From NCBI RefSeq assembly GCF_900141895.1, contig NZ_FQYT01000025.1, positions 14,104-38,103 on the forward strand: a DNA stretch of 24,000 bases. Direction: 5' to 3'. The DNA is from Parasporobacterium paucivorans DSM 15970. Lineage in GTDB: Bacteria; Bacillota; Clostridia; Lachnospirales; Lachnospiraceae. The notes beneath the pieces were generated by a model. That model saw only the letters and a program-made list of their open reading frames with translations, was not told the origin of the DNA and searched no databases. This document shows positions 1-9,237 of this stretch, one piece after another. Position numbers and translations under genes: made by a program. Every line of letters starts with the position of its first letter. Within the stretch, counting starts at the first letter, position 1.

Positions 1-11
1 AGGGACACTTT

Positions 12-365
12 ATGACTGAAAAAATTACGAAAGTTGATATTATAACGTCTCCTAACAGACTGGAAGACCTGATGGACGAGTTGGACAAAATAGGAGTCAC
101 GGGAATGACCGTGTCAAATGTTTCCGGATGCGGTCTGCAGAGGGGACACAAGGAATATTATCGTGGAACACCTGTGGAAATCAAGCTTTTGGCTAAAGTG
201 AAGGTGGAAATCGTGATTTGCGAAATTCCAGTGGATAAACTGGTTGAGACTGTCAAGAAGGTACTCTACACCGGAAACATCGGGGATGGGAAGATTTTCG
301 TTTATGACGTGGTTAATGTCATCCGCATAAGCGATGGTACAGAAGGAATAGACGCATTACGCTGA
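12..365 (+). CDS. glnB: P-II nitrogen regulatory protein (GlnB/GlnK family)
   Basis: 117 aa, the typical P-II length. It has a T-loop-like segment 'GLQRGHKEYYRG' and a C-terminal 'GDGKIFV' motif. It sits at the window edge, so the usual upstream partner (an ammonium transporter) cannot be seen. Confidence 0.9.
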   Translation: MTEKITKVDIITSPNRLEDLMDELDKIGVTGMTVSNVSGCGLQRGHKEYYRGTPVEIKLLAKVKVEIVICEIPVDKLVETVKKVLYTGNIGDGKIFVYDVVNVIRISDGTEGIDALR

Positions 366-418
366 GGCTGGAATTCTGGCTGAGGAATGTGCATGGATAA
401 AAGTAGATTCATAAAAGA

Positions 419-469
419 ACGGAGATACCCGGAGCTAAGGATAGTGAGCTCCGGGTATCTCCGTTTTTT
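419..469. terminator. Bidirectional rho-independent terminator between convergent genes
   Basis: Perfect 18-bp stem ACGGAGATACCCGGAGCT (419-436) / AGCTCCGGGTATCTCCGT (447-464) with a 10-nt loop, followed by a T-run. It lies between the P-II stop (365) and the GGDEF gene stop (471). Confidence 0.85.
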
Positions 470-470
470 G

Positions 471-2162
471 CTATTCGCCCAAGAATCCGGCTCCGTATTT
501 CATTTGATGCTTGTCTTCATACATGAGCCTGTCTGCATGTTTGAAGGCGGAATCGATATTCCGGATGTCCGAGCCGATTGTTGTAGAGTATCCGCTGGCC
601 AGGGAAAGGTTCAGATCCATATCCTGTCCCAAGGCGACGACGGCTGTCTTGATTCGGATTATTTTGTTCTGGATAATTTCTTCTGTAAGAGATTCCGTAT
701 GGGGGGCAATGATGCAGAATTCATCTCCTCCGATTCGGTAAACAGATGCATTTTCATTGAATTCGTTCTTAAGGATATCGGCAATGCCCTTGAGAATCAG
801 GTCGCCGATTGCATGGCCATAATTGTCATTAATCAGTTTCAGACCATTCATATCGAATTCGATTACATATGCTTCACCCATGCCGGGTTCCCGGTATTCC
901 TGAAACTTTTTCTCAAAGGCGGTGCGGTTCTTCAGACCCGTCATCTGATCCTGGTAGGCCAGCACCTCCAGCAGCTGCGTCTGAGTCATTTTCACAAGAA
1001 GCTGGGACATATTCATAATGATTTCCGAAGCCCAGATAATGATAAAAATCACCATCCCGATGCGGGTGAAAAACCCGTCATCAACGCTTATGCACAGATA
1101 GAATTTGAAGATGTCCAGCGCGGAGCAAACGAACGCCAGAATTACGGAGATGGTCAGTACGCGGACTTCACGGGTGGCGTTATTCTTTATAAGAGCCTTT
1201 ACGCTGTCAGATATAAGGTAAATGATGGAGATTCCCAATAAGATATGCTCCGCGGCGATTGTTTCCATATAATCGGCAATGTTGAAAAGCTGTAGTATAT
1301 GAATTATTATGGCTAAGATGACAGATATCTTGAAAAGTATATATAGGACTTTCTTGTCCTTGTAATATTCAAAGGAATCCAGAAACCAAAAGGCTGTGGG
1401 AAGTAAAAGCAAAAACGCCAAAAACTCCAGATTCAAAAGCGAAAACACGTCGCTGGTCAGAATCTGCAGGATATTGCTCGTGCAGGCGCTCCATATGCCC
1501 ACCAGGACGGAAAGCACTCCAAGACGGAACAGGGGAGACGTAGCTTTTGTTTTCCACGGGATTAAGGCAACTGTTATCATGGTGAATCCCAGAATGAGCA
1601 GAACCGTACTGATGAGAAGGTTCCCCAGACGTTTGCCTAGAATATAGGAAAGAACCGAACTCTTGTCTCCCATGTAGAAAGCATTGATTCTGCCCATATT
1701 GGAGAAATAGATGCCTGTCAGCTCAACCTGAATCTGTTTTCCTGCATATTCTTTTTGTATCGGAACTGTAATCCAGGCGGATGCCGGACTATGTCCAAAA
1801 AGCCGCTGTTCATTCCACCCAAAACTATAAATTTCTTTTCCATCGATAAAGGCTTTCACATTTTGATGGCTTGCACGGAAAAAAAGGAACGTATCATTTT
1901 CAATCGACGCAGGAAGCCATTTGGTTAAAATCAGCGGAGTGCCTGATTCTGCTTCTTTTGCATTGAATGGAAGGGTCACGTCTTCGTGAACCACATCATC
2001 AACCGCTATCATCCAACCCCTGTTGAAATCTGTCAATTCTTCCCCTGTAAGTACTGGCAGATCAACTTTCGATAGAAGGATTCCCAGTATCAGGACCATG
2101 AATCCCACCACGGAACAAATCAGCAAACCGGCGGGCATTCTCCTCTTTGTTCTACACGCCAT
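471..2162 (-). CDS. Membrane-bound diguanylate cyclase (N-terminal extracytoplasmic sensor, 7TM region, C-terminal GGDEF domain)
   Basis: The C-terminus carries 'RIGGDEFCII' preceded by 'MTGLKNRTAFEKKF...YVIEFDMNGLKLINDNYGHAIGD'. An N-terminal signal anchor and extracellular domain are followed by multiple hydrophobic helices (7TMR-DISM-like layout). I moved the start from 2213 to the ATG at 2162, which has GGGGGAGG 8 nt upstream on the minus strand. Confidence 0.85.
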   Translation of the reverse strand: MACRTKRRMPAGLLICSVVGFMVLILGILLSKVDLPVLTGEELTDFNRGWMIAVDDVVHEDVTLPFNAKEAESGTPLILTKWLPASIENDTFLFFRASHQNVKAFIDGKEIYSFGWNEQRLFGHSPASAWITVPIQKEYAGKQIQVELTGIYFSNMGRINAFYMGDKSSVLSYILGKRLGNLLISTVLLILGFTMITVALIPWKTKATSPLFRLGVLSVLVGIWSACTSNILQILTSDVFSLLNLEFLAFLLLLPTAFWFLDSFEYYKDKKVLYILFKISVILAIIIHILQLFNIADYMETIAAEHILLGISIIYLISDSVKALIKNNATREVRVLTISVILAFVCSALDIFKFYLCISVDDGFFTRIGMVIFIIIWASEIIMNMSQLLVKMTQTQLLEVLAYQDQMTGLKNRTAFEKKFQEYREPGMGEAYVIEFDMNGLKLINDNYGHAIGDLILKGIADILKNEFNENASVYRIGGDEFCIIAPHTESLTEEIIQNKIIRIKTAVVALGQDMDLNLSLASGYSTTIGSDIRNIDSAFKHADRLMYEDKHQMKYGAGFLGE

Positions 2163-2263
2163 AAATATCCTCCCCCAAAGATAAACTATACATATTATAC
2201 AATGCATTTGCATAATATACTACTATTAACAACTATTTCATGAAATTACTGGCTGATCCAGCC

Positions 2264-2292
2264 TTGACAGGCGGCAAATAGTAGGATAAGTT
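2264..2292 (+). promoter_or_regulatory. Candidate sigma-A promoter for the DUF5050 lipoprotein gene
   Basis: TTGACA (2264-2269), 17-nt spacer, TAAGTT (2287-2292). It lies about 40 nt upstream of the GGAGGG RBS and the ATG at 2334. Confidence 0.45.
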
Positions 2293-2333
2293 GAACGTAG
2301 AAGTACGTTTTTCGGGGATAAGAGGAGGGTATT

Positions 2334-4067
2334 ATGTGGAGAAAAAGCAGGAAATACTTACTCGCTTCATTTGTTCTGTCAATACTGGTATTTACAGGCT
2401 GCAGTTCTGAGAGCAGCAATGAACTCATGATGGGAAATACAAACGCCAATCTCTCTAACGGGGGTCCATCTGTTCTGTATGATGACTGGATTTTTTTCAT
2501 GAACTACGCCGATGCGAACAACCTTTACAAGATCAAAACCGATGGAACTGGAGAGACCAAGGTAAGCGGCGATGCGGCATACTACTTGAATTCATATGGG
2601 GACTGGCTTTACTATACCAATGGAAGCGAATCCAACAGGCTCTATAAGATCCGGCCCGATGGGACCGGCCGGGAGATTCTTAGCGACAGAGTTTCCTACA
2701 ACACACTGGTTTTGCAGGACTGGATATACTTCATTGATTACACTGATCCTGAGGACATCTCTACGTACGGCAGGATCTTCAGGATAAAAACGGATGGTTC
2801 GGGAAAGCAGCAGGTCAATGACAGCGCTACCGGCACCTTTGGAATTTCGGATGGATGGATTTATTATCTCAGGCAGGATGACTCAAAGATATATAAAATA
2901 AAAGCCGATGGGTCAGGAAATGCCAAAATAAGCGATGTGGCCGCATTAAACTTCAATGTGCTGGGAGACTATCTATATTATGTGGATTCAGACTATGGCA
3001 ACAATACGATCTGGAAAATGAAAACGGATGGCACGGGCAGTGTCAGACTTTCCGAAGACAAGGTATCCGCCATGAATGTTACACCGGACTGGATATATTA
3101 CGGAAGTACCCTGTCCGATGGAAAAGGACTCGAATTCAAGAAAATGAAGCTTGACGGCTCGCAGGCAGTCAAAGTGAATGATGACGACCCTATCAGTATA
3201 AGCGTGATTGGTGATCGGATCGTCTATATCTGCTTTGACTTTGCAAACTTCAGCACGAAAGAAGTATTCATCAATACAGATGGCACCGGAAGAGTAGAAT
3301 ATCTGGTAAAGCAGGAATCTGAGGCTCCCGAAGTGGAAAAGTATCCCATGAATGAAGATGTGAAAGCAGGAGACCTTACTGTGACCGTGAATTCTGCCTA
3401 CTCGACAAACATTATCGTGAATCATGAGCCAGGATTGGAATCGCAGATTTATGATGATGTCACCGATGATATGTATCTGTTTGTGAATATGACCGTAACG
3501 AACAATGGCAGCAACGAAGTTGACCTGAAGCAGATGACAGGAATTACAGAGGATTCCAGCGATGGAGGCAGTTCAACCTACTGGGCAATGTTGGCAGATG
3601 TTACGGATGAGACCGGCAGAGATGACTTCCGTTTCCACCTGAACTGGGCCGGCTACAGTGATTCCCTCATTCTGCAGCCCGGTGCGCAACGGGAGATACA
3701 ATCATTTTTTTTCCAGACCAGAAAAAGCTATCCGGTCTATCTTAACCTTTTCAATGGAAAAGACATGGATCCCCTGGCCGAAATCGAGGTGACAGCTGTC
3801 GAGGAATACGTGATAAGTAATGCTTCTGCATTAGAAATCATGAAAGAACAATTTGGCGGATATGAGATAAGCCAGCTAAACGGGATCGGTTTCAGGATGG
3901 AAGGCGAGGCGGAGGACAAGATGTACTATTCATTCGAAGTCAGGAGCCCGGGCTCCTCTGCGACAGAGTATTACCTCGTCAAGCGTGATACGGGCGTGAT
4001 TTATATAGGGGAACATGACGAGAAATATCCTGAGTACACGGCTGTACCTGTGAGACCGCTGGAATAA
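2334..4067 (+). CDS. Lipoprotein with a seven-repeat DUF5050-type beta-propeller and a DUF4352-like C-terminal region
   Basis: The signal peptide ends in the lipobox 'VFTGC'. There are seven spaced repeats of the 'dW(I/L)Y(Y/F)...(L/I)(Y/F)K(I/M)KtDG(T/S)G' type (LYKIKTDGTG, LYKIRPDGTG, IFRIKTDGSG, IYKIKADGSG, IWKMKTDGTG, FKKMKLDGSQ, VFINTDGTG). 'YLFVNMTVTNNGSNEVDL' resembles the DUF4352 immunoglobulin-like fold. Confidence 0.8.
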   Translation: MWRKSRKYLLASFVLSILVFTGCSSESSNELMMGNTNANLSNGGPSVLYDDWIFFMNYADANNLYKIKTDGTGETKVSGDAAYYLNSYGDWLYYTNGSESNRLYKIRPDGTGREILSDRVSYNTLVLQDWIYFIDYTDPEDISTYGRIFRIKTDGSGKQQVNDSATGTFGISDGWIYYLRQDDSKIYKIKADGSGNAKISDVAALNFNVLGDYLYYVDSDYGNNTIWKMKTDGTGSVRLSEDKVSAMNVTPDWIYYGSTLSDGKGLEFKKMKLDGSQAVKVNDDDPISISVIGDRIVYICFDFANFSTKEVFINTDGTGRVEYLVKQESEAPEVEKYPMNEDVKAGDLTVTVNSAYSTNIIVNHEPGLESQIYDDVTDDMYLFVNMTVTNNGSNEVDLKQMTGITEDSSDGGSSTYWAMLADVTDETGRDDFRFHLNWAGYSDSLILQPGAQREIQSFFFQTRKSYPVYLNLFNGKDMDPLAEIEVTAVEEYVISNASALEIMKEQFGGYEISQLNGIGFRMEGEAEDKMYYSFEVRSPGSSATEYYLVKRDTGVIYIGEHDEKYPEYTAVPVRPLE

Positions 4068-4080
4068 GTCCTGCTGAATG

Positions 4081-4117
4081 AAAAAAAGACTTGAAAGAGT
4101 CTTTTTTTTATTTTTTT
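4081..4117 (+). terminator. Rho-independent terminator
   Basis: AAAGACT (4085-4091) / AGTCTTT (4098-4104) with loop tgaaag. It is flanked by an A-run upstream and a long T-run downstream. Confidence 0.75.
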
Positions 4118-4236
4118 ACTTTCGGTTGTTTGAACAACGGAAAAAAGACGGATACTGTAGTATCGTGGAGGTTGGTTTACCATATTGCTACTCGCATGTG
4201 AAATATTAAAGATTAAATGATTCAAGGGAGGAAAAA

Positions 4237-5490
4237 ATGAAAAAAAAGGTATTGAAACGGTTTACTGCTGCAGCAATAATGGCATTACTGCTGCTGGGAA
4301 TGTTGTTCAGCAATCTGACAACGACTGATGTATTTGCCCTCGATGGGGTTACGGTACAAACGGGCCAGATGGGCAGTCCATCGCTGGCATCCTATGCCGG
4401 AACGGGGGCATCCCTGTCAGATCCTTACCGGATTGCTGTATCTCCCAATGCCTTCACGGCGCCGAGCGGTTTCTGGGGGCCGGAGGTTAACGGGGTGGAG
4501 AATGGATGCGGAGTATTTGCCGTATCCTTTGAACAGTACCCCATGGTTTCCGGAAAAACGGCAGGAAACATGATCAGTTCATCCACGTTTGATCTGGGGA
4601 ACAATGGTACTTCCGTGTGGAACGGAAGCTGGACCTATGCGTTCAGATTCCCAACATGGACAGTATTTGATACCTCAACAGGTGATTTGCGCATGGCATT
4701 CCCTTATAAAGGGAATTTCGACCTGTATTGGACGGACTGGGAATATAAATTTGATGCAGCTGGCCAGACGGCCGGGTTGTCAGCAGATAAGCAGATTAAG
4801 GCTGGTGATGTCGTCTGCATTACCCACTATGGGAATTATATCCAGGGTCAAAGCTCGAGAGGAACAAATTACACTGTCAATTTTGATGCAGCCATCGATT
4901 ACACAGGTGGAATCGTGCTGCCTGGCAGCGGCGGAACAGCATCTCCGGTCGTTCCAATGGAAACCCCGCTGGATGCGGTCTATTATGCAGTTGTGGATGA
5001 GAATGGGTATGCGTCCTTCTCAGGTGACAACGCAATCCTGTACGGTGGAAACTATCTTGTCCAGAAACTGTCTGTATCTGTAAATGCAGAAAATGACGTC
5101 TCCGCAATCGATACAAAAGGCGGGACCTTGGATCTGGATGCAGCTGTTGCTCCTTCCGCTGCATCGCAGTCGGTGACATGGCAGATTGTCAATGGCCAAT
5201 CCTTGGCATCCATTGATGAAAATGGAATTTTAACCGCGAAGGCGGATGGACAGGTTACCGTGAGGGCTGCTTCGAGTGCGTTTGATGGTGTTTATGGGGA
5301 TTATGTGATTACGATATCCAACCAGGCGGATAAGGTAACGGTGGCACCATCAGGCACCACTCCGTCAGCAACCGCTTCAACACCGAAGACCGGTGATAAT
5401 CCAATGACCTTACTGTATGCTGTCCTGGCAGCGGTGGCAGTTGGAATGGGATGCTTTGCTTCCAGGAACATCAGGAGAGGATTCAGATAG
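4237..5490 (+). CDS. Secreted, probably sortase-anchored surface protein with a Big_2-like domain
   Basis: It has an N-terminal signal peptide. Roughly 250 aa of N-terminal sequence match no motif I recognise. A Big_2-like segment reads 'VTWQIVNGQSLASIDENGILTAKADGQVTVRAAS'. The C-terminus 'TPKTGDN', hydrophobic helix and 'RNIRRGFR' tail form an (S/P)PxTG-like sorting signal similar to clostridial SrtB substrates. Confidence 0.75.
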   Translation: MKKKVLKRFTAAAIMALLLLGMLFSNLTTTDVFALDGVTVQTGQMGSPSLASYAGTGASLSDPYRIAVSPNAFTAPSGFWGPEVNGVENGCGVFAVSFEQYPMVSGKTAGNMISSSTFDLGNNGTSVWNGSWTYAFRFPTWTVFDTSTGDLRMAFPYKGNFDLYWTDWEYKFDAAGQTAGLSADKQIKAGDVVCITHYGNYIQGQSSRGTNYTVNFDAAIDYTGGIVLPGSGGTASPVVPMETPLDAVYYAVVDENGYASFSGDNAILYGGNYLVQKLSVSVNAENDVSAIDTKGGTLDLDAAVAPSAASQSVTWQIVNGQSLASIDENGILTAKADGQVTVRAASSAFDGVYGDYVITISNQADKVTVAPSGTTPSATASTPKTGDNPMTLLYAVLAAVAVGMGCFASRNIRRGFR

Positions 5491-6366
5491 GTGGCCAGAT
5501 TAATTTCCATTATACTATGCGCTTTATTACTGGTTTTCCCAACCCCGGTTTCTGCCTTGGAAGATGGCACCGGGGGCGGTGGAGGACCGGGTGTTCCGCT
5601 TTGTTTAGACAGCGTCACACTGGCAGACGGGGCGGAAATGACGGACACAAATACGACATTTGTCCTGCAGTACAGCCATAATGTTGCGGACGCCTCAATA
5701 CGGTCCAATAACCGGACCGCTATCAGTGTCACGACGATTTCAGGAATACCGGTGCAAGCGGATATAAGTTTTTCGGATACGTTTGCACTGCCCTACAGGC
5801 AGCAGGTGTATGTAAAACCTCTCGGAATGGAAATGAATACAACCTATGTGATTACGATCGGGCCGTCATTTATGTCCAGGAATGGTTATGTAACAGGAAC
5901 GCTGGACACGCTCACATTTACGACGGGGAATAATACGATAACGAAAACATCCACAGTTGTTGAAGCCCCACCCGCTGCAGATACGGGCGGGTCCCAGGAC
6001 AGCGGGACGGTAGATTCTGCGGGCAATGCCACCGGAAGCAGTGCAAGCGCAGGCCAGACGGGTGAAGCTGCAGAAAATGAATCGGCAAATGAAACATCCA
6101 TTACTGAAAATGCGACAGGTGAGCCTGCTGCAGATACTGAAAAGACGCAGGAAATGACAGAAACAGTAATTCAAATCACAGGGACAGAAGAAAGCGCCGT
6201 TCCTATGGAATCCGCAGAAGAAACAGTACCGGTCAGCCGGACTTCAAATCTGAAGCCCGGTAAGGTGACAGAGGGAAAAAGTGGAGGAATTGCCATTATA
6301 ATGGTGACGGCTACGGGCCTGGCGCTATACGGCACAGTGACGGCTATCAGGAGGAGAAGATATTGA
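5491..6366 (+). CDS. Secreted Ig-like (SbsA/Big_5-like) domain protein with an acidic Thr/Glu/Ala-rich linker and a C-terminal membrane anchor
   Basis: The GTG start directly abuts the previous stop. The signal peptide is 'LLLVFPTPVSA|LE'. A single Ig-like module runs 'LDSVTLADGAEM...TTYVITIGPSF...LTFTTG'. A low-complexity acidic stretch follows, then 'GGIAIIMVTATGLALYGTVTAIRRRRY'. Confidence 0.6.
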   Translation: MARLISIILCALLLVFPTPVSALEDGTGGGGGPGVPLCLDSVTLADGAEMTDTNTTFVLQYSHNVADASIRSNNRTAISVTTISGIPVQADISFSDTFALPYRQQVYVKPLGMEMNTTYVITIGPSFMSRNGYVTGTLDTLTFTTGNNTITKTSTVVEAPPAADTGGSQDSGTVDSAGNATGSSASAGQTGEAAENESANETSITENATGEPAADTEKTQEMTETVIQITGTEESAVPMESAEETVPVSRTSNLKPGKVTEGKSGGIAIIMVTATGLALYGTVTAIRRRRY

Positions 6367-6367
6367 T

Positions 6368-7807
6368 ATGTATGATGTTGCAATTATCGGCGGGGGAATA
6401 TTGGGCTGTACAATCGCGCGGGAGCTGAGCAGATACCATCTGCATGTAACGGTCCTGGAAAAGGCCTACGACATCGGAGAGGGTGCGACGAAAACCAACA
6501 GCGGAGTTTTGGCGGCGGGATTTCACCCCCGTGGAGGAAGCCTCAAGGGTATTTCCTGTGTAAAGGGAAACGATATGTACAGGCAGATTTGCGAGGAACT
6601 GGACATACCGGTCCGGTTCATAGGTTCGCTGTATGTCGCCTTTAGCAGGAACGGCACGGAGATGATTGCTCAAAAATATAATAAAGGCATTAAGAATGGA
6701 GTACAGAGGATGGAAATAATCGACGGAGATCAGGCCAGATCCATGCAGCCCGGCTTATCCCCAAAGGTTATACAGGCTCTGTACGCACCCACCACGGGAA
6801 TCATTGACGTATTTGGCCTGATACTGAGAACAGCGCAAAATGCCTCTGAAAACGGAGTGGAATTTCATTTCGACACGGAAGTATCCGACATTATTGATGA
6901 GGGTAGGCATTATACGGTCCATACAAACAAAGGCACGGTTCAGGCTGAATATATCGTAAATACTGCCGGCGAAGAAGCTGCATCCATTGAGGGCTTCCTC
7001 AGGCCGGCAGATCTTGTCATCCGGCCCAGAAGAGGGCAGTTTTACGTCTTTGACAAACAGACAGATTCTGTTGTCAGGCATGTGATCTACCAAGCGCAGG
7101 ATATGGATGAGAAGGGCTGCCTGCTGACGCTTTCCATAGATGGAAATCTGATTGCAGGGCCGACCTCCGAAAATGTTTCTTCCTACAAAAGAGTCGAAAC
7201 TACCAGGGAAGGCCTCGAGCTGATTGAACAAGTGGCCAGGAAAATCATGCCCGGTCTGGATATGGGTAAAGTCATTGCCTCATTTGCAGGAGCCAGGACA
7301 AATATAAGCAATGTGGCAAAAGAAGAAAAGGATTTTGTTATCCGAAAGAGCGCCAGGAATATGGTAAGTGCCCTGGGAATCAAGAATCCCGGGCTGACGG
7401 GGGCACCCTATCTTGCTCTGAAAGCCGTTGACATTTTGCGGGAAGAAGGTCTCATACTCGAAGCAAAAGCCGGGTTCAACACCCAGGCAGTTTCAGGGAA
7501 AAAATTTCTGGACTGCAGTGTGGCGGAGCAAAAGAAACGGATGACAGAAGACCGGAGATATGGAAATGTGATATGCCGCTGCGAGAAAATCACGGAAGGG
7601 GATATTCTGCGTGTTCTAAGCGAACCGCTGCCTCCCAGAACCCTCAATGGCATGAAGAAAAGGCTCAGAGCCGGAATGGGAAGGTGCCAGGGAAGCTTCT
7701 GTACGCCCAGAATCATTGAGATACTCAGCAGGGAAATGAAAGTCAAGCCGGAAAAAATCCTTAAGAATACCCAGGGAAGCAGTCTGGTAAAGGGGAGGGT
7801 CAAGTAA
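6368..7807 (+). CDS. FAD-dependent oxidoreductase, GlpA / L-2-hydroxyglutarate-oxidase-like, with a C-terminal BFD-like [2Fe-2S] domain
   Basis: The N-terminal dinucleotide fold is 'YDVAIIGGGILGCTIARELS'. The C-terminal 'CRCEKITEGDI...RAGMGRCQGSFC' shows the BFD-like Cys pattern. The start is 1 nt after the previous stop. Confidence 0.85.
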   Translation: MYDVAIIGGGILGCTIARELSRYHLHVTVLEKAYDIGEGATKTNSGVLAAGFHPRGGSLKGISCVKGNDMYRQICEELDIPVRFIGSLYVAFSRNGTEMIAQKYNKGIKNGVQRMEIIDGDQARSMQPGLSPKVIQALYAPTTGIIDVFGLILRTAQNASENGVEFHFDTEVSDIIDEGRHYTVHTNKGTVQAEYIVNTAGEEAASIEGFLRPADLVIRPRRGQFYVFDKQTDSVVRHVIYQAQDMDEKGCLLTLSIDGNLIAGPTSENVSSYKRVETTREGLELIEQVARKIMPGLDMGKVIASFAGARTNISNVAKEEKDFVIRKSARNMVSALGIKNPGLTGAPYLALKAVDILREEGLILEAKAGFNTQAVSGKKFLDCSVAEQKKRMTEDRRYGNVICRCEKITEGDILRVLSEPLPPRTLNGMKKRLRAGMGRCQGSFCTPRIIEILSREMKVKPEKILKNTQGSSLVKGRVK

Positions 7808-9237
7808 TGGAGGTTTTTTCTCATTATGAACTGGTTATTGTAGGGGCAGGGGCGGCCGGGATGGCCGCCGCTGTGTCAGCAGGAAAAAAGGGAATCAAAA
7901 AAATACTGATTGTGGATCGCAACGAGCATTCCGGTGGTATATTGAGGCAATGTATCCACGACGGGTTCGGGCTACATCTGCTTCAGGTTTCCATGACCGG
8001 ACCTGAGTATGCGGAATACTGGCAGGCGAAAATGGGCGGCTGCGGTGCGGAGATTTCCCTTTCCACTACCATACTGGACATCGATTACGAAAAAAAACCA
8101 TATCGGCTGACGTTTTTGAACGAGGAATATGGATATGGGGTCTGTGAGGCAGACGCAATCATACTGGCATGCGGCTGCCGGGAGCGTACCCTCGGACAGA
8201 TGCGGATTCCCGGGAGCCGCCCGGCAGGGGTATACACTGCGGGAACTGCCCAGTATATGATGAATGTCAGGAACCTTCTGCCGGGAAGAACGGCTGTGAT
8301 TCTGGGGTCCGGAGATATAGGGCTTATAATGGCCAGAAGGTTTACGCTGGAAGGAATCAAAGTAAGGCTGATTTTGGGAGAAGCAGCATCTGGTCTGGCC
8401 CGGAATCATATACAGTGCGTGAAGGATTTTGGCATTCCCATCCGCTTTGGATATACAGTCCTTTCCATCCACGGATATCGCAGGCTCAAGGGGGTTACCA
8501 TAGCTCCCCTGGATGCGGGTGGAATGCCTCGTATTGAAGAGAAGGAATATATCCAGTGCGATACACTTCTGGTGGCCGCAGGTCTGATTCCGGAAACGGA
8601 ATTATGGAGCCTGCCGGATAACCCGCTATCTGAAGTCGGAGGTATATTGACTGACGCAGAAGGCAGAACGTCACAGCCTGGCGTGTTTGCCTGTGGAAAT
8701 GTGACGAAAATCTTTGATTTGGTGGATAAGGTCAGCCTGGCCGGGGAAAAGGCTGGAATCGCGGCATATGATTACTTGTATGCCAGAAACAAGAATCCTG
8801 CGCCGAATCATAAAAATGATGCCTTTTTTGAAAGGAGAGAGCCCACGTATGAAGCATTGGCTGCACTGGGGGAAAATGAAATGATATGCACCCGGTGCCC
8901 CCGTGGGTGCATCTTGCACATAGCGAAACACACAGGTAACGGCAGGGGATATGATGTTAGTGGAGAGGGCTGTAAAAAAGGGATGGAAGCCGCACTGGAA
9001 GAACTGACTATGCCTAAAAGGATTCTGACAACAACTGTAAAAGTGGAAGAAGGAAGAAGCATACTCATCCCGGTCCGGAGTGAAAATCCAGTCCCAAAAG
9101 GGCTGCTCCGAGCGGCGGTAAAAGAATGCAACCGCTGCATTTTAAAGGCTCCGGTAAGCCGGGGGCAGGTGGTCCTAGGAAATGTTGCAGGCAGCGGTGT
9201 GGATATGATAGCATCAGGAACGGTTGAAAAGATATGA
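7807..9237 (+). CDS. Pyridine nucleotide-disulfide-type FAD oxidoreductase fused to a DUF1667 domain
   Basis: The N-terminus 'YELVIVGAGAAGMAAAVSA...IVDRNEHSGGIL' and a second Rossmann motif 'AVILGSGDIGLIMA' mark the oxidoreductase part. From about nt 8881 onward, 'CTRCPRGCILHI...VSGEGCKKG...PKRILTTTVKV...VPVRSENPVPKG...APVSRGQVVLGNVAGSGVDMIASG' matches my recollection of DUF1667. The start overlaps the previous stop (TAATG). Confidence 0.8.
   Translation: MEVFSHYELVIVGAGAAGMAAAVSAGKKGIKKILIVDRNEHSGGILRQCIHDGFGLHLLQVSMTGPEYAEYWQAKMGGCGAEISLSTTILDIDYEKKPYRLTFLNEEYGYGVCEADAIILACGCRERTLGQMRIPGSRPAGVYTAGTAQYMMNVRNLLPGRTAVILGSGDIGLIMARRFTLEGIKVRLILGEAASGLARNHIQCVKDFGIPIRFGYTVLSIHGYRRLKGVTIAPLDAGGMPRIEEKEYIQCDTLLVAAGLIPETELWSLPDNPLSEVGGILTDAEGRTSQPGVFACGNVTKIFDLVDKVSLAGEKAGIAAYDYLYARNKNPAPNHKNDAFFERREPTYEALAALGENEMICTRCPRGCILHIAKHTGNGRGYDVSGEGCKKGMEAALEELTMPKRILTTTVKVEEGRSILIPVRSENPVPKGLLRAAVKECNRCILKAPVSRGQVVLGNVAGSGVDMIASGTVEKI

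Noticed and set aside
12-365. A functional link between the P-II protein and the heliorhodopsin, given literature proposals that connect heliorhodopsins with nitrogen assimilation.
   Set aside because: The genes are about 17.7 kb apart and separated by several terminators and unrelated operons. The sequence offers no support for the link.
387-1241. 284-aa ORF on the + strand, antisense to the GGDEF gene. Similar long antisense ORFs occur at 9788-10438, 17697-18236, 5301-5732, 6755-7231 and 21830-22303.
   Set aside because: Each lies entirely opposite a CDS with clear family motifs. Each has no RBS, has a low-complexity or odd composition, and carries no recognisable motif. They are typical shadow ORFs.
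5950-6240. An apparent repeat region in the second surface-protein gene.
   Set aside because: This is amino-acid low complexity (Thr/Glu/Ala/Ser/Gly-rich acidic linker). I could not identify a nucleotide tandem repeat with a defined period.
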